Positions 1-12,380 are shown, numbered from the stretch's first letter. The stretch: 64,000 bases of DNA from Rhynchopus sp. YZ270_cl-10 (GCA_964035575.1 OZ037840.1:1426001-1490000); one strand, 5' to 3'. Numbers and translations are program-made. Notes: generated by a model from the sequence alone, not told the origin.

Positions 1-1228
1 ATCAACACTGAACACTGCTGGGGATGTGAGCCACATGAAGTACGGGCCAAGTGAGTTGGTGTACTGGACCCTGCAGTGCAAGGAACACGAAGACGTGCGC
101 ATCACCTGGACGTCTTTCAACATTGGCAACGACTCTCTGTGGATGAGGGCCCGGCCCACCTTCTTCAACGCGACAGGTTTGGACACTGTTGAGGACTTCA
201 CCTTCACTTCGACAGGATCCACCTACGTGTTCTTCAAAAGTGAGGCTGGCAGTGATGGTGGTGACTTTGCCTTCCGTTACGAGTGTCTGTCGAACGACAT
301 TGTACTGCCGAGCAGTGGCATCGTGGACAGGTTGCTTCCCGCAAAGATCGCTGACACCGTCTGGACTGTTTCTTGTCGCGGCATCTTTGTGGTGCAGTAC
401 TTGAACGACTTTGGTGGCGACTTCATCATCAGCATCGACGGGAATGAGAACTTACGTGTCAGTGGTGAGGACAGCAGAGTTACCAAACTGTACTTTCCAA
501 CACACGCAACTGCGTCGATGACTGCGAGTGTGAAGACTGGGAACAAGAAGGTGCTGTTCTCGTGGGCCTGTGACGCTATGCCTGCTGCTCTTCCATCAAC
601 ACTGAACACTGCTGGGGATGTGAGCCACATGAAGTACGGGCCGAATGAGCTGGTGTACTGGGTTCTGCAGTGCAAGGAACACGAAGAAGTGAACATCACC
701 TGGACGTCTTTCGACATTGGCAACGACTCTCTGTGGATGGTGCAGAGAGAGAGCGGAGTCTGGACCACCTTCTTCAACGCGTCTGGTTTGGACACTGTTG
801 AGGACTTCACCTTCACTTCGGCAGGATCCACCTTCGTGGTGTTCACCAGTGAGGCTGGCAGTGATGGTGGTGACTTTGCCTTCCGTTACGAGTGTCTGTC
901 CACACCTGCGCCTCCCACAGCAGAACCGCCGGCTACACCGACAGGAGCACCAACAGCACTGCCGACAGCAGATCTTGACACAAAGGGAGCGTTTGCGTCT
1001 ACTGATTCAGACGACGGAGGGCTCTCTGTGGGTGCCATTATCGGTATCAGTGTCGGTGTGGGTCTTGTTGCGATTGCGGCTGTGGTGCTCGTGGTGTGCT
1101 ATGTGGCAAGGAAGCAAACGACCAGAGCACCTAAATCCCCTAATGCATTCAACGAGTACAGCAAGGCGTATCCCTGTGCTCAGGGCAAAGAGCTCCCGGG
1201 GAGTTATGGCGAACAAAGCGTTGTGTAG
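1..1228 (+). CDS. CUB-like-domain type I membrane protein, copy 1 (5' part outside window)
   Basis: Same sequence as 4960-6187. CUB-like motifs (YGPxELVYWxLQC...ITWTSF...DSL...S.GS..VxF.SE.GS.GG.FxFxY), Pro/Thr-rich stalk, TM helix (AIIGISVGVGLVAIAAVVLVVCYV), short tail. Confidence 0.8.
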   Translation, partial: STLNTAGDVSHMKYGPSELVYWTLQCKEHEDVRITWTSFNIGNDSLWMRARPTFFNATGLDTVEDFTFTSTGSTYVFFKSEAGSDGGDFAFRYECLSNDIVLPSSGIVDRLLPAKIADTVWTVSCRGIFVVQYLNDFGGDFIISIDGNENLRVSGEDSRVTKLYFPTHATASMTASVKTGNKKVLFSWACDAMPAALPSTLNTAGDVSHMKYGPNELVYWVLQCKEHEEVNITWTSFDIGNDSLWMVQRESGVWTTFFNASGLDTVEDFTFTSAGSTFVVFTSEAGSDGGDFAFRYECLSTPAPPTAEPPATPTGAPTALPTADLDTKGAFASTDSDDGGLSVGAIIGISVGVGLVAIAAVVLVVCYVARKQTTRAPKSPNAFNEYSKAYPCAQGKELPGSYGEQSVV

Positions 1229-2517
1229 AGGAAAGAACTTTGAAAAGAGAGTTAAAAGTCCCTGAAACCGATGAGTGATAAGAGTTAGAGCCCCGTTCAA
1301 ACCTGCTGCCAAACTTGGCCGTAGGACGTCAGGTCGTATTCGTGGCACCTACCTTGTCTTTGTATTGCTCCTACTAGACTTGCTGTAGTGTTTCTTGTTG
1401 TTCACCCTTCAGCTCTACAGCCCTTTTTTTTTTAATTTTGTACAGTATTCCTGACAGAGATGGAGATAGATTTGGGGTTTTCAAAAAAGACCCGGTCTGA
1501 GCTTTTTAGGGTCAAAATTTTTTTTCCGACCGATTTTCTCCCAAATACCTTTTTTTTTTATTTTTTCCAGACCGGGTTTTTTGCCAAAATCCCATTTTTT
1601 TTTTTTTTTTACTGTTTGTGTTATAAATAGTAAGTATATGAATGTATTTTTTTTTTTTTTTTTTTTTTTGGCCCGGTCTTGCGACCGGGTCAATAGATGC
1701 ACCTCCAACCCTGAATTTCCTGATTCACCCAATAATGGTTTTGTCATCTGTGTCCAAGTTATGCTTCGCGGTACACGAGACTTCTTCGCAGCGTGTTTCA
1801 ACCTTTTTTCGTTGTGATAGCTCTATTTCTTTGTTTTTGTTTTTTTCCCCTTCTTTTCTGGTAGCAGTAGATTTGAACTCGTTTTATGTTGTATTCCTGA
1901 GGAACGTACGCTCCATCTGGGAATGCTGAATTCCCACAATGACGTAAGTTTGTCAAGCGAATACCTTTTTCTCGAGAAACTAAATACCTGTACTTTATCG
2001 TCGGTGTGTTGTCTGGCAAACGGAATATACCACCCATGTATTTTCTGGTCTATTTTTTTTCCGTACACGGTATTACATTTTCTAACTTCCCTTTTTGTGT
2101 TCCACGTGACCAGTGAGGCACATAAGCCTTTGTGAAGTCACGTATTTCTCTTATCGGCATGCTTTGTGATGTACGAATCCCCTTTTTCTTTGGGACTACA
2201 GAGTCACACGTGTCCTCCCCATGCAGTTGAGTCTCCTTGGGATCGAGCGAGCTCAACGACAGTGGTGAACTGGACCCAGCACTTTGTATGCCTTGGCCGC
2301 CATGTTTATTTTAATTTTTTTATAAGACATGTGTGCATTTCTAGTGAAATTTTTCAGTATCCACGAGTCGTTTTTTCCCTCCCGTGCTCCCCATCTCTCA
2401 CACATACATTACATCTTCATCAGGAAAATTGTCAATTTTTCGTTCATTATTGTGAACAGCGTTTGGTGTTTTTTCAAAAAAAAAAAAAAAAAAAAATGTG
2501 TGACTGAGTGTGGGGAT

Positions 2518-3309
2518 CAGGGGTCCTAAGAGTGGTAACTTTTACCACTTCTGAAGTGACCTTTTTTATTTTTTTGAAATCCGAAGGTCACTTCGAAGTG
2601 ACCTTCGAAAAGTGCCCTAAAAAGTGACCTTTTTATTTTTATTTTTTGAAATCCGGTGTCACGAAGTGACCTCGGATGCTTAACATACACCGGGAACACG
2701 TTGGAGGGTCCGGGAATTTTTTTCTTTTTTGCCAAGATCAGGGGTCTGCAGGGCTGCAGGTTGCCACAATTTTAAGCGCATTTTTTTGAAATGTTGCGTA
2801 CCGTGGCTTCGCCAGAAACTTTCGTTTTAGCAAAATACGTAAGTAATTTACGTAAACTGACGATAATTACCAACGACAGTGCCATTTTATGTCAACATTT
2901 TTTAGAAATGTTGCGTACCGTGACTTCGCCAGGAACCTTTGGGTGACATGACCGCCGCTTCTTTTATAGATGTACTGAGGTTACTGATAAGAAGGCCGAC
3001 ACCCACTAAACATCTGCCAAAACATCTGCCTATGGCTGTGTTGTGTTATTCGTGGTAAGAAGCGTAACGGTGGCACCAGACTGCGAGACCGCGAAATTGC
3101 CTCACAAAAAAAAATCGTATCTAGTACTCTGTCCCTATGATACGGCGATAACCAACGTCCGGTGTATGTCCGAGGAATTTGCACCTTTTCGACCTCACTT
3201 TTGTTGTTCCTCTGAGGGGGGAAAGTTTTTTTTTTCCCTCCCCAAAAAACGAGAAGTGACCTTGAAGTTACCATTTTTAATTTTTTTGAGAACAGCGTTA
3301 GGACCCCTG
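2518..3309. mobile_element. Non-autonomous hAT-type element (MITE)
   Basis: TIR CAGGGGTCCTAA / TTAGGACCCCTG. 8-bp TSD GTGGGGAT at 2510-2517 and 3310-3317. Subterminal AAGTGACC repeats. Confidence 0.85.
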
Positions 3310-4612
3310 GTGGGGATGCGTTCAAGAATTAAACTCTTCCCCCGAAACCCCCTTTCATCTCTAGTTTTCTTTGTCCAAACGTCGAGTGGACGCGTAATTT
3401 TTTTTTTTTTTTTTTTTTCATTTTTATCGTTTCAGTGCTATCAATGTATTGATTGCGCAGTATTATGTTGAAATACTAATTTTTAATTTGTCTCCGTCCC
3501 ACCCACTACAGCCCACCCCATTCCTCCGAACATTGTTCGGTTGTCTTGAAAGTCGCCACAAACCGTCTTTTTTCTCCTTTTTTTTTTCTCCCTTTGCTAC
3601 AAAAAAAAAAAAAAAACAAAGACGGGAGGTGTCGCTTTTGAGCGTCCTTTGTGTGCTTTCTATTCTTTGAATGGAAAGTACATGAAATTAGTTTTGTTAC
3701 ATTTAGCAAGATGTGTACAGATACGTTCATGTTTCAAAAACAATATATTTTTGCTTCATGACAGTCTTGGCAGATCTTACGAACTATTTGTCGTCCTTTC
3801 TTTTTTGTGCTTCCTTCTTTTGCTTTCATCCGGATGGCTGGCATCATACGTGGGTCAGTCGGAGGTGCCTGCATCAACAACTACTATTTCCCCCTGCAAA
3901 ACAACACAATCCGGGTGTTCGATAACCCCACGGATCCTCACTGGCTGCATATCAGAGACGTTTTGCCCTATCTCTTTTCCACCCATACTTCCCCTTGTCA
4001 GAATGGCCCACTAGGTAGCGAAGAGACCTCGGTCCCTTCCCCTGCCTGTTCCATGGCCTGGTTTTGCTGCTAAAGGAAGAACAATAAAAGCCACCCCTTT
4101 CCCCCCCACTGTTTTTTTAGGTCACCTTTTGGTGCTGCCTTCAACTCTTTAATAACTCCCTCCCCCTTTGCTAATCGAGCACAACTCGGGTTTTGTACGA
4201 ACCTTCCTGGGCGATTGTTTCATAACCATGGAGTTACATGAATAGAAGAAAGTTTGTACTGTCTGATGATGCTGTCTGAACCTCTTCTGTGTCACTAGCA
4301 CAGCGCACAGTAGGTCGAGTATTTGTGGCCATTGCTCAAAGGTGTGAAGGTTTGATGCTCCCATGGAAACCCCCTACCCTCTACTGCACAGTTGCACAGT
4401 AATGCGAGAGTACAACTGACTCGGAACAGCTTTGGAGTGGGCTTGCCTCCCGAGGTGTATGCACCTTCTGTGCTGCAATATAGGAACTATGTTCTGCTCC
4501 TCGTGTTCCCAGTGAGAACTGAATCACGCCGAGCTTGTTGACTGTCTGTGTGCTTGCACCCCACACTCACTCCAGATAAGCCATACACCCTTTGCAACAC
4601 ACTCTCCACACC

Positions 4613-6187
4613 ATGTATTCAGTTCTTGTGGCAGCCATGGCGCTGCACGCTGGTGTGCACAACCTCGACAATAGCAGTGGCATCGTGGACTGGCTTCTTC
4701 CCGGGCAAATTGCCGACACGGTCTGGACTGTTTCCTGTGACGGCACGTTTGTGGTGCAGTACTTGAACGACTTTGGTGGCGAGTTCATCATCAGCATCGA
4801 CGGGAAAGAGGAGTCACGTGTCAGTGGTGAGCACACGACACTGACGAAAACAAGCTTTTCAGCAAACACAACTGTGTCGATGACTGCGAGTGTGAAGTCG
4901 CATGGGAACAAGAAGGTTCTGTTCTCGTGGGCCTGTGACGCTATGCCTGCTGCTCTTCCATCAACACTGAACACTGCTGGGGATGTGAGCCACATGAAGT
5001 ACGGGCCAAGTGAGTTGGTGTACTGGACCCTGCAGTGCAAGGAACACGAAGACGTGCGCATCACCTGGACGTCTTTCAACATTGGCAACGACTCTCTGTG
5101 GATGAGGGCCCGGCCCACCTTCTTCAACGCGACAGGTTTGGACACTGTTGAGGACTTCACCTTCACTTCGACAGGATCCACCTACGTGTTCTTCAAAAGT
5201 GAGGCTGGCAGTGATGGTGGTGACTTTGCCTTCCGTTACGAGTGTCTGTCGAACGACATTGTACTGCCGAGCAGTGGCATCGTGGACAGGTTGCTTCCCG
5301 CAAAGATCGCTGACACCGTCTGGACTGTTTCTTGTCGCGGCATCTTTGTGGTGCAGTACTTGAACGACTTTGGTGGCGACTTCATCATCAGCATCGACGG
5401 GAATGAGAACTTACGTGTCAGTGGTGAGGACAGCAGAGTTACCAAACTGTACTTTCCAACACACGCAACTGCGTCGATGACTGCGAGTGTGAAGACTGGG
5501 AACAAGAAGGTGCTGTTCTCGTGGGCCTGTGACGCTATGCCTGCTGCTCTTCCATCAACACTGAACACTGCTGGGGATGTGAGCCACATGAAGTACGGGC
5601 CGAATGAGCTGGTGTACTGGGTTCTGCAGTGCAAGGAACACGAAGAAGTGAACATCACCTGGACGTCTTTCGACATTGGCAACGACTCTCTGTGGATGGT
5701 GCAGAGAGAGAGCGGAGTCTGGACCACCTTCTTCAACGCGTCTGGTTTGGACACTGTTGAGGACTTCACCTTCACTTCGGCAGGATCCACCTTCGTGGTG
5801 TTCACCAGTGAGGCTGGCAGTGATGGTGGTGACTTTGCCTTCCGTTACGAGTGTCTGTCCACACCTGCGCCTCCCACAGCAGAACCGCCGGCTACACCGA
5901 CAGGAGCACCAACAGCACTGCCGACAGCAGATCTTGACACAAAGGGAGCGTTTGCGTCTACTGATTCAGACGACGGAGGGCTCTCTGTGGGTGCCATTAT
6001 CGGTATCAGTGTCGGTGTGGGTCTTGTTGCGATTGCGGCTGTGGTGCTCGTGGTGTGCTATGTGGCAAGGAAGCAAACGACCAGAGCACCTAAATCCCCT
6101 AATGCATTCAACGAGTACAGCAAGGCGTATCCCTGTGCTCAGGGCAAAGAGCTCCCGGGGAGTTATGGCGAACAAAGCGTTGTGTAG
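4613..6187 (+). CDS. CUB-like-domain type I membrane protein, copy 2 (complete, ~524 aa)
   Basis: ATG at 4613 gives a hydrophobic signal-like start (MYSVLVAAMALHAG). Internal duplication of a two-domain unit (A-B-A'-B'), then stalk, TM helix and cytoplasmic tail. No introns needed. Confidence 0.85.
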   Translation: MYSVLVAAMALHAGVHNLDNSSGIVDWLLPGQIADTVWTVSCDGTFVVQYLNDFGGEFIISIDGKEESRVSGEHTTLTKTSFSANTTVSMTASVKSHGNKKVLFSWACDAMPAALPSTLNTAGDVSHMKYGPSELVYWTLQCKEHEDVRITWTSFNIGNDSLWMRARPTFFNATGLDTVEDFTFTSTGSTYVFFKSEAGSDGGDFAFRYECLSNDIVLPSSGIVDRLLPAKIADTVWTVSCRGIFVVQYLNDFGGDFIISIDGNENLRVSGEDSRVTKLYFPTHATASMTASVKTGNKKVLFSWACDAMPAALPSTLNTAGDVSHMKYGPNELVYWVLQCKEHEEVNITWTSFDIGNDSLWMVQRESGVWTTFFNASGLDTVEDFTFTSAGSTFVVFTSEAGSDGGDFAFRYECLSTPAPPTAEPPATPTGAPTALPTADLDTKGAFASTDSDDGGLSVGAIIGISVGVGLVAIAAVVLVVCYVARKQTTRAPKSPNAFNEYSKAYPCAQGKELPGSYGEQSVV

Positions 6188-7476
6188 AGGAAAGAACTTT
6201 GAAAAGAGAGTTAAAAGTCCCTGAAACCGATGAGTGATAAGAGTTAGAGCCCCGTTCAAACCTGCTGCCAAACTTGGCCGTAGGACGTCAGGTCGTATTC
6301 GTGGCACCTACCTTGTCTTTGTATTGCTCCTACTAGACTTGCTGTAGTGTTTCTTGTTGTTCACCCTTCAGCTCTACAGCCCTTTTTTTTTTAATTTTGT
6401 ACAGTATTCCTGACAGAGATGGAGATAGATTTGGGGTTTTCAAAAAAGACCCGGTCTGAGCTTTTTAGGGTCAAAATTTTTTTTCCGACCGATTTTCTCC
6501 CAAATACCTTTTTTTTTTATTTTTTCCAGACCGGGTTTTTTGCCAAAATCCCATTTTTTTTTTTTTTTTACTGTTTGTGTTATAAATAGTAAGTATATGA
6601 ATGTATTTTTTTTTTTTTTTTTTTTTTTGGCCCGGTCTTGCGACCGGGTCAATAGATGCACCTCCAACCCTGAATTTCCTGATTCACCCAATAATGGTTT
6701 TGTCATCTGTGTCCAAGTTATGCTTCGCGGTACACGAGACTTCTTCGCAGCGTGTTTCAACCTTTTTTCGTTGTGATAGCTCTATTTCTTTGTTTTTGTT
6801 TTTTTCCCCTTCTTTTCTGGTAGCAGTAGATTTGAACTCGTTTTATGTTGTATTCCTGAGGAACGTACGCTCCATCTGGGAATGCTGAATTCCCACAATG
6901 ACGTAAGTTTGTCAAGCGAATACCTTTTTCTCGAGAAACTAAATACCTGTACTTTATCGTCGGTGTGTTGTCTGGCAAACGGAATATACCACCCATGTAT
7001 TTTCTGGTCTATTTTTTTTCCGTACACGGTATTACATTTTCTAACTTCCCTTTTTGTGTTCCACGTGACCAGTGAGGCACATAAGCCTTTGTGAAGTCAC
7101 GTATTTCTCTTATCGGCATGCTTTGTGATGTACGAATCCCCTTTTTCTTTGGGACTACAGAGTCACACGTGTCCTCCCCATGCAGTTGAGTCTCCTTGGG
7201 ATCGAGCGAGCTCAACGACAGTGGTGAACTGGACCCAGCACTTTGTATGCCTTGGCCGCCATGTTTATTTTAATTTTTTTATAAGACATGTGTGCATTTC
7301 TAGTGAAATTTTTCAGTATCCACGAGTCGTTTTTTCCCTCCCGTGCTCCCCATCTCTCACACATACATTACATCTTCATCAGGAAAATTGTCAATTTTTC
7401 GTTCATTATTGTGAACAGCGTTTGGTGTTTTTTCAAAAAAAAAAAAAAAAAAAAATGTGTGACTGAGTGTGGGGAT

Positions 7477-8268
7477 CAGGGGTCCTAAGAGTGGTAACTT
7501 TTACCACTTCTGAAGTGACCTTTTTTATTTTTTTGAAATCCGAAGGTCACTTCGAAGTGACCTTCGAAAAGTGCCCTAAAAAGTGACCTTTTTATTTTTA
7601 TTTTTTGAAATCCGGTGTCACGAAGTGACCTCGGATGCTTAACATACACCGGGAACACGTTGGAGGGTCCGGGAATTTTTTTCTTTTTTGCCAAGATCAG
7701 GGGTCTGCAGGGCTGCAGGTTGCCACAATTTTAAGCGCATTTTTTTGAAATGTTGCGTACCGTGGCTTCGCCAGAAACTTTCGTTTTAGCAAAATACGTA
7801 AGTAATTTACGTAAACTGACGATAATTACCAACGACAGTGCCATTTTATGTCAACATTTTTTAGAAATGTTGCGTACCGTGACTTCGCCAGGAACCTTTG
7901 GGTGACATGACCGCCGCTTCTTTTATAGATGTACTGAGGTTACTGATAAGAAGGCCGACACCCACTAAACATCTGCCAAAACATCTGCCTATGGCTGTGT
8001 TGTGTTATTCGTGGTAAGAAGCGTAACGGTGGCACCAGACTGCGAGACCGCGAAATTGCCTCACAAAAAAAAATCGTATCTAGTACTCTGTCCCTATGAT
8101 ACGGCGATAACCAACGTCCGGTGTATGTCCGAGGAATTTGCACCTTTTCGACCTCACTTTTGTTGTTCCTCTGAGGGGGGAAAGTTTTTTTTTTCCCTCC
8201 CCAAAAAACGAGAAGTGACCTTGAAGTTACCATTTTTAATTTTTTTGAGAACAGCGTTAGGACCCCTG
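7477..8268. mobile_element. Second copy of the hAT-type MITE, inside the tandem unit
   Basis: Same TIRs and GTGGGGAT TSD, offset +4959. Confidence 0.85.
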
Positions 8269-9571
8269 GTGGGGATGCGTTCAAGAATTAAACTCTTCCC
8301 CCGAAACCCCCTTTCATCTCTAGTTTTCTTTGTCCAAACGTCGAGTGGACGCGTAATTTTTTTTTTTTTTTTTTTTTCATTTTTATCGTTTCAGTGCTAT
8401 CAATGTATTGATTGCGCAGTATTATGTTGAAATACTAATTTTTAATTTGTCTCCGTCCCACCCACTACAGCCCACCCCATTCCTCCGAACATTGTTCGGT
8501 TGTCTTGAAAGTCGCCACAAACCGTCTTTTTTCTCCTTTTTTTTTTCTCCCTTTGCTACAAAAAAAAAAAAAAAACAAAGACGGGAGGTGTCGCTTTTGA
8601 GCGTCCTTTGTGTGCTTTCTATTCTTTGAATGGAAAGTACATGAAATTAGTTTTGTTACATTTAGCAAGATGTGTACAGATACGTTCATGTTTCAAAAAC
8701 AATATATTTTTGCTTCATGACAGTCTTGGCAGATCTTACGAACTATTTGTCGTCCTTTCTTTTTTGTGCTTCCTTCTTTTGCTTTCATCCGGATGGCTGG
8801 CATCATACGTGGGTCAGTCGGAGGTGCCTGCATCAACAACTACTATTTCCCCCTGCAAAACAACACAATCCGGGTGTTCGATAACCCCACGGATCCTCAC
8901 TGGCTGCATATCAGAGACGTTTTGCCCTATCTCTTTTCCACCCATACTTCCCCTTGTCAGAATGGCCCACTAGGTAGCGAAGAGACCTCGGTCCCTTCCC
9001 CTGCCTGTTCCATGGCCTGGTTTTGCTGCTAAAGGAAGAACAATAAAAGCCACCCCTTTCCCCCCCACTGTTTTTTTAGGTCACCTTTTGGTGCTGCCTT
9101 CAACTCTTTAATAACTCCCTCCCCCTTTGCTAATCGAGCACAACTCGGGTTTTGTACGAACCTTCCTGGGCGATTGTTTCATAACCATGGAGTTACATGA
9201 ATAGAAGAAAGTTTGTACTGTCTGATGATGCTGTCTGAACCTCTTCTGTGTCACTAGCACAGCGCACAGTAGGTCGAGTATTTGTGGCCATTGCTCAAAG
9301 GTGTGAAGGTTTGATGCTCCCATGGAAACCCCCTACCCTCTACTGCACAGTTGCACAGTAATGCGAGAGTACAACTGACTCGGAACAGCTTTGGAGTGGG
9401 CTTGCCTCCCGAGGTGTATGCACCTTCTGTGCTGCAATATAGGAACTATGTTCTGCTCCTCGTGTTCCCAGTGAGAACTGAATCACGCCGAGCTTGTTGA
9501 CTGTCTGTGTGCTTGCACCCCACACTCACTCCAGATAAGCCATACACCCTTTGCAACACACTCTCCACACC

Positions 9572-9768
9572 ATGTATTCAGTTCTTGTGGCAGCCATGGC
9601 GCTGCACGCTGGTGTGCACAACCTCGACAATAGCAGTGGCATCGTGGACTGGCTTCTTCCCGGGCAAATTGCCGACACGGTCTGGACTGTTTCCTGTGAC
9701 GGCACGTTTGTGGTGCAGTACTTGAACGACTTTGGTGGCGAGTTCATCATCAGCATCGACGGGAAAGA
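9572..9768 (+). pseudogene. Truncated copy 3 of the CUB-like membrane protein gene
   Basis: First ~65 codons identical to copy 2, then unrelated sequence and a stop at 9877. Confidence 0.85.
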
Positions 9769-10263
9769 ATGGTACAGGACGGTGTCACAGCGAACGTCGG
9801 CATTGCAAAGGGTTCTGCACAGTTCGGGCTGTTTGGCGGGGAAGGCACAAAACGGTACGATGTGCTGGGCAGCGTGATCCCATCCGCATCGCTGCTGATG
9901 GTCCTGAACAAGCAGTACAACACTTCCATCCTGACCGCACCCGTGCTGCAGAAAGAGGCTGGCAGCTTCTTCTACTTCAGGATTGTGGACTATGTTTGCT
10001 ACACGAAGATGGATGGAGCTGCCTGCTTTGTGCTCGAGCTTGTATCTCGCAAGGAAACAGGCGGTGAGGAGTGGATGTACGAGCTGGAGGCTGCCAATGG
10101 GAAGGACCCGTGTTCCACACTAAATGATGCATGGAGGCAATACATCAAGGAAGGCAAGCTGACAAGCAGCGCCGGGGTGACTGGTGTTCTCGCCGAGATC
10201 ATGTCCGGCAAACCACCTCAAGGTGAGTATGTCGCTCCTTCTGCGCCCCTGAACCTGATGTGA
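9769..10263 (+). pseudogene. 3' fragment of a class III nucleotide-cyclase-like receptor gene (paralog of 19347-22319)
   Basis: VGIAKGSAQFGLFGGEGTKRYDVLG...LLMVLNKQY...EWMYELE aligns by eye with IGVASGPSLFGLFGGTGTKKYDIIG...LLNKEY...EWMYEME. The N-terminal part is missing. Confidence 0.85.
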
Positions 10264-10767
10264 AGTTTGTGGCAGGGCCATACTTATCACTAAATATGCC
10301 GTTTTCCCCGAAAATTTTTAGAATCCCACGGCCAATTTCTTTCTTTTTGGAGAAAAAAATATTCCGCGCTTCGCGCGAAAAAGGTCCTCAGAAGCTCAAT
10401 TCCGGAAACAAATACGGGGGGGAGCGACGTCTTCCAACTCCTCCGCCATCAGCAGGAACACCTCCGTTTTCTCTTGAACCTGTGACGCTTGTGACTGAGA
10501 AACAGGGCAACAGCGTGTTCAAGAATATTCCCCGTCTTTTCGGTGTTAAACTCGGGTGCCTGTTCATGAAGAATCATCAGCTTCTCAATATGTGTGTGAA
10601 ACTGCCATCACGTTTACTTTGCCCTTTACCCTCCCCTCAGTGGTCAAGTACTGACCATATTTTTCATCCTTCTTTTCAAAAAAGCATACAGAACATTAAG
10701 TTGATTGTTTCCTTTTTGATAGTCGTTGTTATTGTGCACTCACAAAAAGTGTTCTTTTCTTTCTTTT

Positions 10768-10839
10768 AGCCCTTGCTCCTTCTGATGAGCGCGGTCAAAG
10801 GGCTGTTATCCTGGTCAAGGAGCAGACCGCCGAAACCAG
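10768..10839 (+). ncRNA. Putative hammerhead ribozyme with permuted strand order
   Basis: Core CTGATGA 10782-10788, GAAA 10832-10835, GTC triplet 10814-10816. Stem I TGCTCCTT/AAGGAGCA, stem II GCGGTC/GACCGC, stem III CTGGT/ACCAG, plus extra helix AGCCCTT/AAGGGCT. Confidence 0.65.
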
Positions 10840-11594
10840 CAGTGCTCTCAAGATCCTCCACGTAGGGGAGGATATTTCCTCCAGGGGCTTTTTTTTTTTT
10901 TTTCAGGCTTTTTTGGTGGAGGATTTCCTCCATTTTTTTTTTTTTTTTGGCAGGCTCGGGTGGAGGATTATCCTCCTAGGGGTTTTATAGTGGGGAGTCA
11001 CTTTGTCTCCCCCGAGGGAGCCAATATTTTCCCGAGCCTGTATGCACCGTCCAGGGCTGCACCTTAAAAAAAATTGCCTGCCGCGCCATTTTCATTTTTG
11101 CTACTCAAAAAAAGGGTTCGTTGAGTGATTCTGTGGTGTAAAAGGAAACATTCTTACACCGTACCCTAATTTTTTTTCGCCTGCGGCGCCATTTATATTA
11201 ATTTTTTTGCTCCGCAAAAAAATAGAGTTGGCAATGTCTTTGGATACCCTTGCATTTTGCAGCCAAAAAATACAACTTGACCAAAGCTGCAAAAATTTTG
11301 CCGTTTTTTTATAATTACCGCCGTTGCATCAGCCCCTGCTTCTGGAAGACGTATTGGTTTTGTACGGTTCGTGGAGCGTACGGTGCAAGAGAAAGGATTA
11401 GATTTCCGTTTTTTATTATCTCGCAAAATTGACCCGCCTCTCCGCTCTGTGGCTGTCAGGGAGGCGCGCGCGAAGCGCGCGACGACCGCTTGTTGCGGGG
11501 GAAAAATTTTTTTTTTGGGGGTTTTTTTTGCAAAAATAAAATCCTCCTCATTTCGAAAATTCTGCTTTTTTCGTGGAGGATCTTGAGAGCCCTG
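10840..11594. mobile_element. Non-autonomous hAT-type element
   Basis: TIR CAG(T/G)GCTCTCAAGATCCTCCACG at both ends. 8-bp TSD GAAACCAG at 10832-10839 and 11595-11602. Internal part related to 33090-33260 and 38640-39040. Confidence 0.9.
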
Positions 11595-11934
11595 GAAACC
11601 AGACCTTTTTTTTTTTATACCCGTTTGCTAACGACATCAAAAAATAAAGACCCCTTTTTTTATTGGGGGGTTTTTTCTTTTTCCCCTTTTTTACATACAA
11701 GTATAACGGCCGTCACGACGGGAAAATTTTTTTTTGTCGGGGAGGTCACGGCCGTGAAGAAAATCTGAAAAATTTAACGGCCGTGAAATTTTGCATTGAT
11801 CACGGCCGTGAAATATTTCCACGCTTTTTGCTTGTTTCTTCTTTTTCGTTCGTAGACAGGGCCAACCCCCTTTCCCATCCCTCCCAAGTCATTCTTGGGG
11901 CGGTAAAAGCAACATAAAAAATGCAAAAAAATTC

Positions 11935-12380
11935 GGCCCACTGCGATCGGGAAGCTGACGACACGAATGAGCACTTATGGTGGTCCTGCCCTGCCTGCGA
12001 TGCTATACGCTCAGATCCTAGTTTCCACTTCGTCACAACTGCTGACAGGTCGCCGTGGCCTAACTGCGTGTCGAACTGTGGAGTTATCCCTACTGCCCTG
12101 AAGGACAATATTGATGCTACCTCCAGCGTCTGCACCGGTTGTCTCTGAACAACAGCCTCCGTATCAACAATCTGCCACTCACGCCTGGAGAACAGCTCAG
12201 CTGCAACCTTTGTTCCGCCCCACTATGACTTCGACCGGATTCCACTCTCACAGGAAATGGACTTATCCAAACCATCACCTGCGTGCCCTGCGCTCCTGGC
12301 TCTCCTCACTGCGCTGGTCTCCCGCTGCCCGCCCAGGTTTTCACCCTACTGTTAATTGTAGTTGGAGCGTGTGGCATTTC
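11935..12380 (+). pseudogene. Decayed 3' fragment of a LINE-type retrotransposon ORF (CCHC zf-RVT-like region)
   Basis: HCDREADDTNEHLWWSCPAC...WPNCVSNCGVIP matches the C..C...ET..HL...CP pattern found downstream of LINE RT domains. Frame is broken afterwards. Confidence 0.5.

Larger units (their letters stand above)
1..9768. repeat. Tandem segmental repeat, 4,959-bp period
   Basis: All ORFs recur at +4959. 1-4809 appears identical to 4960-9768, and identity stops abruptly after GGGAAAGA at 9768. Confidence 0.97.

Noticed and set aside
277..846. Antisense ORFs overlapping real genes (also 14446-15327, 20571-21302, 58240-58938)
   Set aside because: Shadow frames of GC-rich coding sequence.
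10450..10610. Minus-strand HIEKLMILHEQAPEFN as a GIY-YIG (Penelope) tail linked to the hammerhead
   Set aside because: Very short match, upstream stop codon, no RT, and opposite orientation to the ribozyme.
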